Positions 25,861 through 39,182 of a DNA stretch of 64,000 bases are shown piece after piece. Both the position numbers and the translations under genes were made by a program. Every line of letters starts with the position of its first letter. Position 1 is the first letter of the stretch. Source of the DNA: Octopus sinensis (lineage: Eukaryota); the NCBI RefSeq assembly GCF_006345805.1, contig NC_042998.1, positions 19,096,001-19,160,000 on the forward strand, read 5' to 3'. The notes beneath the pieces were generated by a model, which made no database searches, was not told the origin of the DNA, and was given only the letters and a program-made list of their open reading frames with translations.

Positions 25861-26770
25861 ATATATAACATATATATATACATACACATATATACATATA
25901 TATGCATGTATGTATCTATGTATGCATATATGTATGTGTGTTGTGGGTTGTGTGAGTGTGCGTGTTTGTGTGTGTGTTTATATATTTGTATAATATATGA
26001 CGTTTTGTATGTAACGTTTCGTAAATTATAAAGATTGGAAGAAATAAAATATTGCTGCCTCTTGTTATCGTGGAGTATGGTGTTGTCGACGTACTTGATC
26101 TGAACTTTGAATGCGCTCACATCTAACATAATTTTGAGAAATATAACGTAGCTTGCATTGACTTGTGATAAATATTAGTGAGTATATTATTCTGCTTTAT
26201 ATGTCACATACATGATATAGTATTTAAATTTTGATTATCGAACAATGGGATTTTGCTATTATGCTTCAAAGCAGAAAGTATATAAAATTTGAAGGATATA
26301 TTTTATAGAATGTGAAGCGTGATATAATCCTTAATTTCACATACCTTAATATTCTAACATTTCAAATCCAAAGTTTATGCTTGATCCTGATAGGTATGAA
26401 AACGCACAAATTTTCAATTAAATATTGCTCTGCATGCAATGCCCTGGAATTCTGCAACCCCTACTACGGTTACCTCAAAGGATTACTTAGAGCGACGAAC
26501 GGTCCTTGCAATTTGAGGCGTTCCTTGTCTATATCTGTGAACTGGATATCTTTAGATATCCTTCGTATACAGATATGACTGAAGAGATGCCCCGGCATCG
26601 CTTCCATTATCGAGGCAATCAAAATATGCGGGTTTCCACCCCGACATGCGAAACTCGGAGGTTTATTATGGCAACAGTATAATTGCTACATATTATATTA
26701 CAGAGAAATTCCTCTATTTCTATAAAATTTCGAGGTCTCTTTCATTCTTTTGGTGTCTTACCATTACTAT

Positions 26771-26808
<38 letters not shown>

Positions 26809-27859
26809 GATGATATTCGTGACTGAAATCTTGTTCAGTAACGACATTAAATGAAATGTATAAATATCAAATTAATTATTCTTATACAACATTATAGCAA
26901 TCTATTTATCTTAATCTCGTAAAATGACATAAATATGTACATACGTAAAAACTGGATGCTAATAAGATAAGAACATACGAGTAAATCAATATTTCTTAAA
27001 ACCTGAAATCTTTTTAAAGCAAAATTAATAAAATGTAATTAAGGAAAATATAATGACTACAGTACTAAATATAAATTTGTTACATAATTTATTTCGCTTT
27101 CAGTTAAAATATATTTCAGTTCTCTAAATTGCAAATACGAGGAAATAATTGAATAAATCAATACATCCAATATATTTACCTACATCTTTGATCATTATTT
27201 TGCTAGACTGCTACAAATCTTCTTTTATATAGTAGCATATATATATATATATTATATATATTATATTATTATATATATATATTTTACTTTTGGTTTTACT
27301 TTTTTATTATTGGAAAGTGTCTTAAACACAATGTCATATAATGTAATAAATTGTTGATGTTACCGTTATTTTAAAATATTCTTGGCAGAGTACGAGTAGC
27401 TTTATTCAGGAAGAGTGACACTGGTAGAGTGTGTATGTAATTTTTCAGCTTTACTTAAAAATTTCTTATCAATGGAGAAAAAATCCGGTTTCTAATATAG
27501 AGGCAAAACTCCTTCCTCGTAGCCTCAAGACATCAACAGGCAAAGTTTGCATCTATATAAGTATATGCGCAATATCGGAAGTAATTCCATGTGTAGATTT
27601 CTGTTCTAAGTGTCTACTCTCATGTATACAGTTGCATGTCTAGACATGCGAATATAAATTTATATGATAAATTTATGGGAAATTTTACAAATTTGTATAG
27701 TTTCAGTGATGACTTGAAAGTGTAGTCTTCATGTCAGCTTTCTCCTTTGTGATTCTGAGAAGATTAAAATAATCGAGATTCGTACATGTACAGTCAATGC
27801 ATGAATATATATATATATATATATATATATCGGAAGGTTTGGAGATGATGTACAGGTAT

Positions 27860-30208
27860 TATATATTAGAAAAATTGAGGTAATCAGATCAGATGGTTCA
27901 TATTTGTAGATATTTATTTATATATTACATTTTTTACATATATATCATATCATTCGGATTAGCGCTTGCTCCCATTCTAGTGGTTTTTCAAATCAAATCA
28001 GTTGTGGGTAGTTTGAACCTTTTTATAGTTTCGTATAGTGGGTGAGGAGGAAGTGAGGCAGAGAGAAAATATGTGTGTATGTGTGTGTGTGTGTGTGTGT
28101 GTGTTGTGTGCGTGTGTTGTGTGTGTGTGTGCGCATTTATATCTGAGAGTGAAGAAGTGTTATTTCCGTTGGTCTGCTGGACACCCTGTGGTTTTATAAG
28201 AACTTTGGCTGTCCATTTCAATGTCACTGAGTGTGTGTTGTGCATAGGTTGGCCTGGCAAATGTCATTTGGGGTCACACTTTCTATGATCATCTGTGGAG
28301 GTGTGTGTGTGTGGTGTGTCTCTGTGTGTCTGTGTGTGTTTTTTGTGTGGTGTGTGTGTTTGTGTGTGGTGTGTATGTGTGTGTGTGTGTGTCTGTGTGT
28401 TTGGAGAAGGGGAGAGAGACAAAAAGAGAAAAGGGAAAATAAAAATAATAATAATAAAAATAAAAAATTAAAAAATTAAAAAATAAAATAAAATAAAATA
28501 AAAACAAAAAAAAAAATAAAATAAAAAATAAAGAATAAATAAAAATATAAAGAATAAAAATAAAAATAAAAATAAAAATAAAAATAAAAATAAAAATAAG
28601 GGAGGAAGGGAGAAAGAAAAAATATTTTTGTGTGTTGATATTTATACCAACACATATATATACACACACACAGACTTATACATAAAATATTTGAAAAAAC
28701 CCTTTTATCGGTTCAAAATGAACACCAAATTATACCATCTTGAAAGTTGTATGTCATAGGAAAGTTAAAACTAAAGTGACAATTAAGGGTAAAGATGGAA
28801 GTGAATCATAAATAATATATAATATGATGTATATAACAGGCAATACACACATCATACACACACACAGATTTTTCCTTCAATGTATGTTGAGTAAAGTTTC
28901 AGCCATTTAATTTGGGGGAGAACTTAGCTATGAAATGTTTTTCCATATTCCTCCTGAAGGGGGTGTCATTCTTCGGACACTTGTAGAAGGGAAATATCTT
29001 AAATTTTCCTTCTCCACATGTAGCTAGGTGTGTGCTTAGTGGTATTTTGCGTAGTTCTTCCTGCCGAATATGTTGTCGGTGGATCCTGGCTCGCTGGCAC
29101 AAAGAATTACCAGTTTCTCCTACGTAATTCTCCTTGCATGTGGGGCAGGTTATGCAGTATATGACGTTCTGCGTCTTGCAGTTCATATCTGCATTTACTT
29201 TGAATGTGACACCATTTTTAAATCTTATCTCTCTGTTGCTCTCTATGTATTTGTAGGTGGGGTTGCTGCAGGTCCCATATCTACCATCTCCGCACTCTTT
29301 TGCAAAGAATTCCGTTTTAGTTTCTGAAGAGAATTTCGCTCTTGTTAGGTGTTTTTTTAGGTTTTTGTCCTGTCGTCTACTGTTTTTTATGCTATATTTG
29401 TTTAATATGTTTTTCATTTTGGGGCTCTGTAAGGCTATTGGTAGGTTTGAATGTATGGTTGGAAGATGTTGGTAACTCCAGGGTTGTGTGTGTTTATAAA
29501 AGGGATAGTGTTTTCTTTGTTTTTTGTTTTGGGTGTCCTGAGTTGTGTGATGTCTAGTTTTAATGCTCTTGTGATTCCATTTTCTATTAGTTTAAGGGGG
29601 TATTTTTGCTCTAGGAGGAAGCTTTGAGTTCATCTAGTCTTATTAATCGTATTTGTGAATCAGTTACTATGATACATATTCGTCGTGCCATACTATATGG
29701 GATGTTTCTTTTTGTGTGGATGGGTGGCAGGAGTGGAAATTTAAGTATTGATGTGTGTCAGTTTTTTTGTAGTGGATGTCTGTTGTGACGATGGAGTTGT
29801 GTATTTTGATGTTGATGTCTAGGAAGGGAAGTCGTTGTGGCTGGTATCTATTGTGAAATTGATAGATGGGTGCAGCGTATTGAGGATGTTGTGGAATGTT
29901 TGTAGGTCCTCTTCTGATCTGTTCCAAAAGATGAAACAGTCATCGAGGTAGCGTTTCCACTTTTTCTTGATGTCTTCTCTGAAGTCGTGTTCGAAGACTT
30001 TCCCTATTTCGTCACACACACACCTCCACAGAATGATCATAGAAAGTGTGACCCCAAATGACATTTGCCAGGCCAACCTATGCACAACACACACTCAGTG
30101 ACATTGAAATGGACAGCCAAAGTTCTTATAAAACCACAGGGGGTCCAGCAGACCAACGGAAATAACACTTCTTCACTCTCAGATATAAATGCGCACACAC
30201 ACACACAC

Positions 30209-30244
<36 letters not shown>

Positions 30245-30459
30245 ACATATTTTCTCTCTGCCTCACTTCCTCCTCACCCACTACTACGAAACTATAAAAA
30301 GGTTCAAACTACCCACAACTGATTTGATTTGAAAACCCACTAGAATGGGAGCAAGCGCTAATCCGAATGATATGATATATATGTAAAAAATGTAATATAT
30401 AAATAAATATCTACAAATATGAACCATCTGATCTGATTACCTCAATTTTTCTAATATAT
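27860..30459 (-). mobile_element. Penelope-like element (Neptune-like), 5'-truncated, flanked by ~450-bp inverted repeats
   Basis: RT WKRYLDDCFIFW, LPFLDINI, HYKKTDTHQYLNFHSCHP; Cys-rich linker; GIY-YIG NVIYCITCPTCKENYVGETGNSLCQRARIH; arms 27860-28312 and 30013-30459. Confidence 0.9.
28899..30010 (-). pseudogene. PLE RT plus GIY-YIG coding remnant with about 3 frameshifts
   Basis: ORFs 29819-30094, 29667-29927 and 28899-29417 join into one PLE polyprotein C-terminal half. Confidence 0.85.
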
Positions 30460-30640
30460 ATATATATATATGTATGTATATATATGAAGAGCATGAGGGG
30501 TTTCGTTCACTGATTATTTAAACCAATGGTTATGCTGCGTAAGTGCTCACAATTGGTCATAGGTTAGGTTCTAAGGACACAACGGAGGCTGGAGCTAGGG
30601 ATCCATGGTAGGCCTCCCAGTAGGCAGGTATCTGTTAAGA

Positions 30641-31412
30641 GAAATGGACAACAAAAGCAAGGAAGAACGAGTATCTCAAGTTATTTAGAATATTTATTTT
30701 GGGTAAGGTAAATCAAAAATTGAGAAGTAGAAGTAATTAATGTCTTACAGCTGCCTCCGGGATATCCCAGGTGAGAGAAGATCATCTCCATACACTGGGT
30801 ATTCCTTCGAGACAAGGTGTGTTCGTAGGAAAGTTCCAGACAGAGAATTCACAGTGCATAAAAGAATAAAACAGTAGAGAGGAGAATAAAGCCAGGAAAA
30901 TAAAGTTCACTGCTCATTTTGTCCCAAAGGGTATGGAAGTTGGTCCCTTACTCACGTGAAGGTATACTCCCTTAAGTATAATCCCAAAATCTAGGCTGTA
31001 TTTTGAATGCTGAATTCAGAATATAAGGAATAGATTAAGTGATAAGCTTGTGAGAAAAATGGTCCGCGTGGGCTTATAATGTGAGAGAACTAAACAATCA
31101 TAATAGACAGATAGATCAGTGAGAGGGTGGGGGGTTGTGAGTGAATAGAAGAGAGAAAAGAAAGGAGGAGGATAGGTAGTGGAAATAAAAAAAATATGAG
31201 AGCGAAAATTAAGACTAAAATTAAAAATAATTATATAGATAGAGATAAAAGGTAAGAGACGGGCATCATTCAAGGGTAGTATTTGGGGATTGGTTCATAT
31301 ATTAACAGCTGTAAGACATTAATTATTTTCTACTTTTCCATTTTTGATTCACCTTACTGTAATTAAATATTCTAAATGATCTGAGTTTTGCCTTGGTTTT
31401 GTTGTCTATTTC
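30641..31412. repeat. Degenerate inverted repeat (~110-bp arms: 30641-30753 and 31306-31412)
   Basis: cagctgtaagacattaatta...tattctaaat...ttttgttgtc on opposite strands. Confidence 0.75.
30742..30813 (-). ncRNA. Degenerate hammerhead-like motif
   Basis: Stem I gtct/agac, imperfect stem II, ...cAGCTGTA-agac palindromic stem III; core mutated. Confidence 0.35.
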
Positions 31413-31616
31413 CATTGATAAGTTAATTTTAGGTCCTTGCCTTGGAAAATGAAAAGAACATGTCAACTAAATACTAAATATTCATATTATAACAATTAAT
31501 AAATAGTTTGAATTTCAGATTTAAATAGATTTTAGTGATTATAAGTGTGTCTACTTATTTCTGTCATGTCTATTATATATATGTATATATATATATGTGT
31601 ATGTGTGTGTATGTGT

Positions 31617-31655
<39 letters not shown>

Positions 31656-32661
31656 TCTGTGTGTGTACGTATATTTATAGAAATTAATTGTATGGTCGAT
31701 CATTGAGTGACCAAAAATTATGCATCAATAAAGAACCTATAGACGACACACACATACATACAAACACGCACACATACATGCATACGCACACACACATATA
31801 TATATATATATGACCACCTAAGCACCTTTCTATAGCATATCGCAATCGAGTGGTGCTCTAACACTACCTCGAATGCCACGCAAAACTTGATAAGTTACCG
31901 CTCGGTATAAATAGGGAAATGTTTGAAGCAGCGAGTGAAATAATTAATAGCTTGTAATGTTGAATATAAAAGCAAAATGAAATAGTCTGTGCCAGATAGA
32001 GACGCGATAATAATTTCAAATGTTATCTAATGATATTTTTACTAATTACTTTGCAATTAGAGATTAATTTTAAATAATAAAAAGTATGTTCCTGTGCAAT
32101 AAAGTATAGTTCCTTTTGAATACAAATGTTATTCTGTGTGAATCAATTTTCTCATTTTTCACTGCAGTATCGAATACTGATATTTGTTCGAGCTTTCTCT
32201 TAAATCAGTTATCTGTATCATAAAAACTTACACATAAATATATATTTAGTTTTCAAAGTAACATGATTTAAAATTAATGCAACGATAACCATTGCTGCAA
32301 CATTATATATTCATTATAAAAAAAAACATGCCTTGAATATATTTCCATCCCAAACCTTTCCTTATTTGGCAAGGTATTAAGATTCAAGCAACATTAAAAT
32401 GCACATTCACATTTTTTGATTAAATCAGATCAATATAAATACATATTGTATGGCCTCGTACCTACTCAATAAGCTATGTTTAGACAAAACTCTGGATTAA
32501 TGGAGGTTGAAAAAAAAACAATATGTATCTTACGGTATGGCGTATTATCCTGGTTTGTTGAAATTATACATGCAGTGATCTAACGCCATATCCGTCTAAT
32601 TCTGGAAAAAAGGCTGGAGCGAAACATGAAGAGATATCGATCAGTATTTAAAGCTACGGCA

Positions 32662-32870
32662 TGTCCCTCCAAAGCTGCATCACCCTAGGTCTTGTCTGTG
32701 TGTAACACATTCTGAAGCGTTTTTAGAGACATAGATACTAGGGAACCAGAGAGAAACTCCCACACATCGATACTGGAATCTCTGATTATGTTCGCGAACA
32801 TCCAGAGCGAAACTCAGAAGAAAGACAAGACTATTTGTACATTACAATCTATATTCGTTCAGACTCAGGT
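32662..32870. repeat. Diverged dispersed direct repeat, copy 1 (partner 37483-37695)
   Basis: tgtccctccaaagctgcatcacc...gtgtaacacattctgaagcgttt...aagactatttgtaca. Confidence 0.85.
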
Positions 32871-34884
32871 GACTTTTGATTGCCTTGTCTCCTTCAAACC
32901 AATAGCATTTCCAGCATTAATTTTTCTTGACAAATTACTTCACTCGGTTATCAACGTAGAAAATACCCATAGGCTGTTAAATCACTATAGTTTTAAATTT
33001 CTTTTTCATTGCGAAATATACAAATGTGCGACGTTACTCTTTTATTTCCACAGATATGGCTCCAGATATTAATATGTTGCTTCTATAGGTTTAGGCCTAA
33101 ATTTTTTTCTCATGTAGCTCCTGAAGATAGGATTGTTTTGTCGAGATATGCGAGCAGAATTTCAGTGTTGTGCTCATGAAAACCATCCGTACATCATATT
33201 TCCGGTTATGATTCCAACTTGTGATTCGACGTGAATGTTACGTACTTATGTCTCAAAACGTGCAAGCTCAATCAAACATATCTAGATTTTATTAGACGTT
33301 AGGTGTGGATAAATGATATAGCTGTTGTTAGAGTGAAGCAGCTCTGAATTAACGGGAAGTGGTAATAGAGTCAGAGGGACGATAATGTGTAATCTAACGG
33401 AGTAAGAAGAATTTAAGAAGAAAAACAAGCGAGTGGGAAGAGGAGGAGAAGAGTGTATAAGAGACAGAACAATTGGTAGATTAAGGAAAGGTTTTCCTGT
33501 AATACGAAAGAAAGAGGAGAGGAGCGAAATACTGAGGTGTGTTTGTAAGAAAGAGCAACTAAGCTCATTGTTATGTTCAAGAAATGTTTGAAAGTGCTCG
33601 TATATATCGAAACGTAAAACACTGGACCTGGCAAAGAAGTCGCCATTTCGATACAATCATAGGCAAGGATAATAATATTTGCAACAAATAACGGATTAAG
33701 GTAAGAACTTGAAACAGTAATATCTAAGGAACGGGTGGAGGGAAATTGTCAACTTTTGATAAATAATTGAAGTGACCAGGAAAAGGTGGCGCACGATCCA
33801 TGAATGCTAGGATTTTTCCATGCATCCTCTGTGATGATAAGTAAAAGCCAAAAGTTTATATAATGAGTTGAAAATATGATAGCGACAAGGAACTGGTAAT
33901 TCTGTCTACATTTTAAGTTATGTGTATAAGTTATGTAGAAAATCCACTCAAAATTACGGAAGTGGGTCATTTGACAGTAAAGTCAAAATATGAAGGGGAA
34001 ACAATTTGATTCACAGATTAGAGAAGGAATCTGCTTAAAATGCAGCCTCACACCCACTCTTAAGTCACATTGGTCTCTTTGTCGATTATAAGACACAAAA
34101 CTCTAGATAGATAGTTACAACATAACAGCCGGGGAAAGTGAAACATCTGTTTTAGCAGGAATTAAATCTTTATGGCAAACACGGTTATCAACCGGATTCC
34201 AGATCACAGTATCTAGTGGTGACACTGGAATAAGATATGGGATAGTGAAATATGCTATGAAGAATATGAAGATGAGAAGAAACAGAAAAATAATGGAATT
34301 CATCTACATGATGATGTTAATAAAAAATCATGGTTGTAGGAGACCAATAAATAATCTTGGAAATACTTAATATCAAAAGACCTAAATAGGAAATATGTTC
34401 TTCGAATAACACTCTCAAAATCGAAGTTGAATATGAAGTAATACAGAGGAGGCTGTAGCTGACATTTTATCCCAATGCCTGCAATCAGCTCAGAATGAAT
34501 AAAAAGCGTGTAGAAAAGTTGAAAAATATAGGAGAAGATTTTGAGAGCAATTCTCTTATAAATAGTTCATCCAGGAATGGATGCACTGTTTTCAAAGTAT
34601 TTACTATTTATTAGGAATTATCAGGTCACTATTTCTATACAATATGACAAAAGTTATGAAAAGTAAAAAAATATATATATATTTATTTAGAAAGGAACAT
34701 ATTTCTCCTCATCCTTGATACTAGATTCTTGTTCAATAGGAATCATTATTAAATTGGATACAGAAACAAGAGCTTATAAAAGTAGAACAATAGTGCGATT
34801 AATATGTAAATTGGTATGTCCAATAACTTTACACCGCTATATATATCTATATATATATATGTATATCATTATAGATATAGGGTA

Positions 34885-35180
34885 ACAAATAATTAATTTA
34901 ATAACTAACAAATTTTACCAAGCAGCTTCGGTATGGAAAAAAAGAACATTATCGGTAAAAAAACTTATACGGTAAAAACATATAATCTTGAAATATCATG
35001 CTGATGAAGGAAATGAATTTTATAATTCTAATCCCGAAACGCGTACATGATTAATCGTTGATTGGTTGATTTCATTATTTTTTTCTTCTTTTTGCCTAAG
35101 TGAGTTACGACTATTGCTGTGTGTGGAGTTATATTGTAGTTAAAAGAATTAGCGGTTTTGACTGTTATTTCTAAATTACC
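34885..35180 (+). mobile_element. Short HHR-bearing repeat (family E) preceded by an inverted copy of its own 3' end
   Basis: 34885-34968 is the reverse complement of family tail seen at ~48745-48830; body shares ctg(c/t)tatttctaaa with 40585 and 48660. Confidence 0.65.
34995..35051 (+). ncRNA. Type-I hammerhead ribozyme motif, canonical core
   Basis: atcatg-CTGATGA-a-gg..gaatt/aattc..cc-c-GAAAC-gc-GTA-catgat; palindromic stem III ACGCGT. Confidence 0.8.
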
Positions 35181-35213
35181 TGTATGTTGGGAAGCAATGT
35201 TTTTCTAAACCAT

Positions 35214-35300
<87 letters not shown>

Positions 35301-35327
35301 AGAGAGAAGAGAGAGAGAGAGATAGAC

Positions 35328-35382
<55 letters not shown>

Positions 35383-37482
35383 GTTAAGCAATGTGTTCGA
35401 GGATGATTAATAGGTTAGATGGATGCTGATGAAGAGGCAAACCCCTCGCAATGTGGCATATATGCCAATTACCCATTTGCCATCTTCAATTTCATTGATT
35501 GTTGACATCTGACGTGTATATACAAAACGTAATACCAAAAGTCTGAGTTGGCTGCACTTTCTGTAGATTATCTGTAGAAATATACTTAAAAAATAATAAT
35601 CATTTTTGATATAGGCACAAAGCGAGGGATTTGCGGTGCATGTGTTACTCGACTAAATCGACCTCGTTACTGTCGTCGTAGTGTAATGTATCGCTTTAAA
35701 AGGCAAAGATGACAAAGATAGAATTTGAACACAGAAGGCAAAGAGCAGGAACAAATAACAGAAATAATTCTTTTAAGTGTCAGAATATTTCTGATGTTTC
35801 TTTTGTTGTAATGTAATTTGAAACGTCGTTAGTAATTACATATACGAACAGCATGTATTGAGACACTTATATTTCAACAATGATAAAATGAGAGGAATAT
35901 ATGTATGTGTGTGTGTGTGAATAGGAGAAAAAAGAAGCGTTTTATTTATTGAAAATATTGCGAACTTTAACCATATAGTTATTTGAACTAGTAATTATTT
36001 CAACGTACTTATTAGTATGGTAATTTATTTCTTCTCTGGAATGATATTTATCATGCAATAATGGTGAATGTAAAAATAATATACTTATTCTCTTTTATGT
36101 ACATAGGTTTCTCTAAGTGACTGCTGTAATTTTTAAAAATAAGCTAGCTCTTCTTCTAATTGGTTTCTGCGTATAGGTCTGCTGTTAATAGTGTTTAACA
36201 CGTGATCAGCTCTAATATAGTAAGCCGAAGAACAAATAGATTCGGAGAATGGCCAAATTGTTTTTTGCTTCTTACAGAAGCATATCAGGGACGGTATGTT
36301 TGGCAATTTCGTTATTAAATTTAATACTAAGTTGTAATTAAAGGGGTGTTGTTCTGCTATATTCAGAATGTAAAGATATACGGCTAGTTCCTAAAGTATA
36401 TAATGCATACAGATACATGCCCAGTAAAGGTGATGCAACTGGAGAAACCTGATATACTTTCTGGCGTAGTTATTACGTATGAACTGATTATGTCACACGT
36501 CTGGGGTTTTGTTCTGGATGGTGATAATTTCTACCAATTTCTCGATAGGAACAGTAGAACAATGCATAAGAATGATTATTGGACACTACAAGTTACCAGA
36601 GATCAGTTCATGGTTAATCTTTTTAACAATACAACACAGACTTATATATAACTTTGCATTCAATTCTTCCTACGTGTTTTAAATATGTAGACGAATATGG
36701 CTGCAAACTATCAACTGCTGAGTTCTTCGTTCTTTTTAGTCACTATATCACAGATATTATAGTGTATAGTACTTTTACTTTATTTGCTAAGTTCTTCCTC
36801 TTATTGAATTTTGCCCTGAATTATGTATGGTTTGATAAAGCGATAGGCATTGAAACATACTCCAGGCAGTAGTATATTATCAGAGATTGATCATTGCTGA
36901 CACTCTTGCCTCTTCGATATAATCATTCCCAAGCTGCCTGATAACGTGCATAAAAAAGCCGATTAGTTTTACATTTACAGGCATGATAGACGCACGTCCG
37001 TATCTGTACTGTATCTCTCAACATGCATATTCCATAACTCCTCTATCATATCATGAAACGTAATAGGATGGTAAGGACATTTGCTCAAGTCTAATTCTGA
37101 AGCAGTGGGGTAGAAAATCGGTTCGTATTATGACATCTTTTTAATCCATTCCCATTTAGTTTCCTATGCTGCATCTGCGTATATCTATATGGCGTCAGTT
37201 GTAGAAGCACCATCCCCAATAATTAGGTTTTAAAGTTATTCCAATATGATATGTCTTGAAGTTAACTATCACAAATTGATCCACACACAAAGCAGGAAAT
37301 TTAACATGCAATGGGTTCCTCTCATGACTAATCTTTACAGTCTAGCATTCAGTTTCATGTGACGTTCTCCTTCCAGTCAATATAAGATCATTTTTGTCAT
37401 TGTGCGTTAGTCGTTGCACAAAACCGGGACGGAAGAAAACATAACTTACAGCTATACGAAACCGAATAAAATAAAATAACAC

Positions 37483-37695
37483 TGTCCCTCCAAAGCTGCA
37501 TCACCGAAAGTCTTGTCGGTGTGTAACACATTCTGAAGCGTTTTAGAGACATGAATGCTGTGGAAACAAAGAGGACATCCGTCGCATCGATAATAGAAAC
37601 TCTGATTATGTTTCCAAACAGGCAGAGAAAAACTCAGGAAAAAAAAACAAGACTATTTGTACATGACAATCTAAATTCGTTCACATTCGAGATGA
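37483..37695. repeat. Diverged dispersed direct repeat, copy 2
   Basis: See 32662-32870. Confidence 0.85.
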
Positions 37696-38058
37696 AAATT
37701 ATATTTCTTCTCATTAATTCAAAAGCAACGAAGACAATTATATAAATGGACGAGTGAAAGAGAAAGAATAACAATCCGATTAAAATTAATAGCAATTTTT
37801 ATATGAGAATTACGACTGGGAATCGGTGAACATAATTTGACCTGCCTATTGAGATGAACCCCTGGAATACAAAGATTCCCATCGGAGATATTAGCAAGGG
37901 AACAGATTGTTGACTTGTCGTTTTAACTGTTCAATAACGTGTTAGCATCCCGGAGGTGATATGCATTATGCAGTCTGCTGTCGTTGCCTTGAACTATCAG
38001 GTTCTGGTACACCGGTACTGAAAAGTCTATCCTACAGAAAGGATAGAAGAGTAAATCA

Positions 38059-38283
38059 CTGGCAGAAACTTTAGCACGCCGGGCGAAATGCTTAGCGGTA
38101 TTTCGTCTGCCGTTACGTTCTGAGTTCAAATTCCGCCGAGGTCGACTTTGCTTTTCATCCTTTCGGGGGCGATTAAATACGTACCAGTTACGCACTGGGG
38201 TTGATGTAATCGACTTAATGTGTTTGTCTGTCCTTGTTTGTCCCCTCTATATTTAGCCCCTTGTTGGCAATAAATAAATAAGA
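38059..38283 (+). mobile_element. SINE family A
   Basis: Family A head and body. Confidence 0.85.
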
Positions 38284-38759
38284 ACAGTAAATCACTTAAC
38301 GTTGTGCTTCAAGGAGGGTAGCCTACATTTGAAACCTGCATTATTAAATATTACCTTAGCCTGTCTCACAGACAAGGTGACAGACGTTAGATTTAAGAAA
38401 CAGATCTACAAAAGCAGCAAAGGTTTTAATAGTAATAATGGTATCATAATCTTGAGGAAAAAAGAATGCTTGTGGCTAACACGATGGCAGAGTACCAAAG
38501 AAGAAGTTAAATAAATGGATACTTCCTCTACAACAACCGCACTAAAGACTGACTATGACCAAGGGGCAAATAGTACTTCCTCCAATTCTGAATGGGGTAA
38601 AGGCAGTTAGTTGTAGCATCACCAAAATCGTCTCCTTCTTAGAATAAGAAAATATAAAAAGAAGACAGTGACTGGGAAACATTCCCAAAAAAGAGGCGGC
38701 AAACTGGGTGGCATGATTTTCACTCAACAGAAGGCAAATGAAAATTTTAGTCGTTGTAT

Positions 38760-39182
38760 AGGCGCAGGAGTGGCTGTGTGGTAAGTAGCTTGCTAATCAA
38801 CCACATGGTTCCGGGTTCAGTCCCACTGCGTGGCACCTTCGGCAAGTGTCTTCTGCTATAGCCTCTGGCCGACCAATGCCTTGTGAGTGGATTTGGTAGA
38901 CGGAAACTTAAAGAAGCCTGTCGTATATATGTATATATATATATGTGTGTGTGTGTGTTTGTGTATCTGTATTTGTCCCCCTAGCATTGCTAGACAACCG
39001 ATGCTGGTGTGTTTTGTGTTTACGTCCCCGTCACCTAGCGGTTTGGCAAAAGACCCCGATAGAATAAGTACTGGGCTTACAAAGTATAAGTCGCGGGGTC
39101 GATTTGCTCGACTAAAGGCGGTGCTCCAGCATGGCCGCAGTCAAATGACTGAAACAAGTAAAAGAGTAAAAGAGTAAAGAGT
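38760..39182 (+). mobile_element. SINE family B, full length
   Basis: aggcgcaggagtggctgtgtgg...aagagtaaaagagtaaagag. Confidence 0.9.

Noticed and set aside
26578-26606. CTGAAGA followed by perfect hairpin gatgc/gcatc
   Set aside because: No GAAA strand or stem III follows, so it is not called a hammerhead.
28700-28746. Possible decayed HHR in the Neptune-like 3' UTR (minus strand)
   Set aside because: Both core strands carry multiple mismatches.
32680-32700. TGA-TGC conserved in both direct-repeat copies (selenocysteine idea)
   Set aside because: Substitution pattern fits another frame equally or better, and no SECIS was identified.
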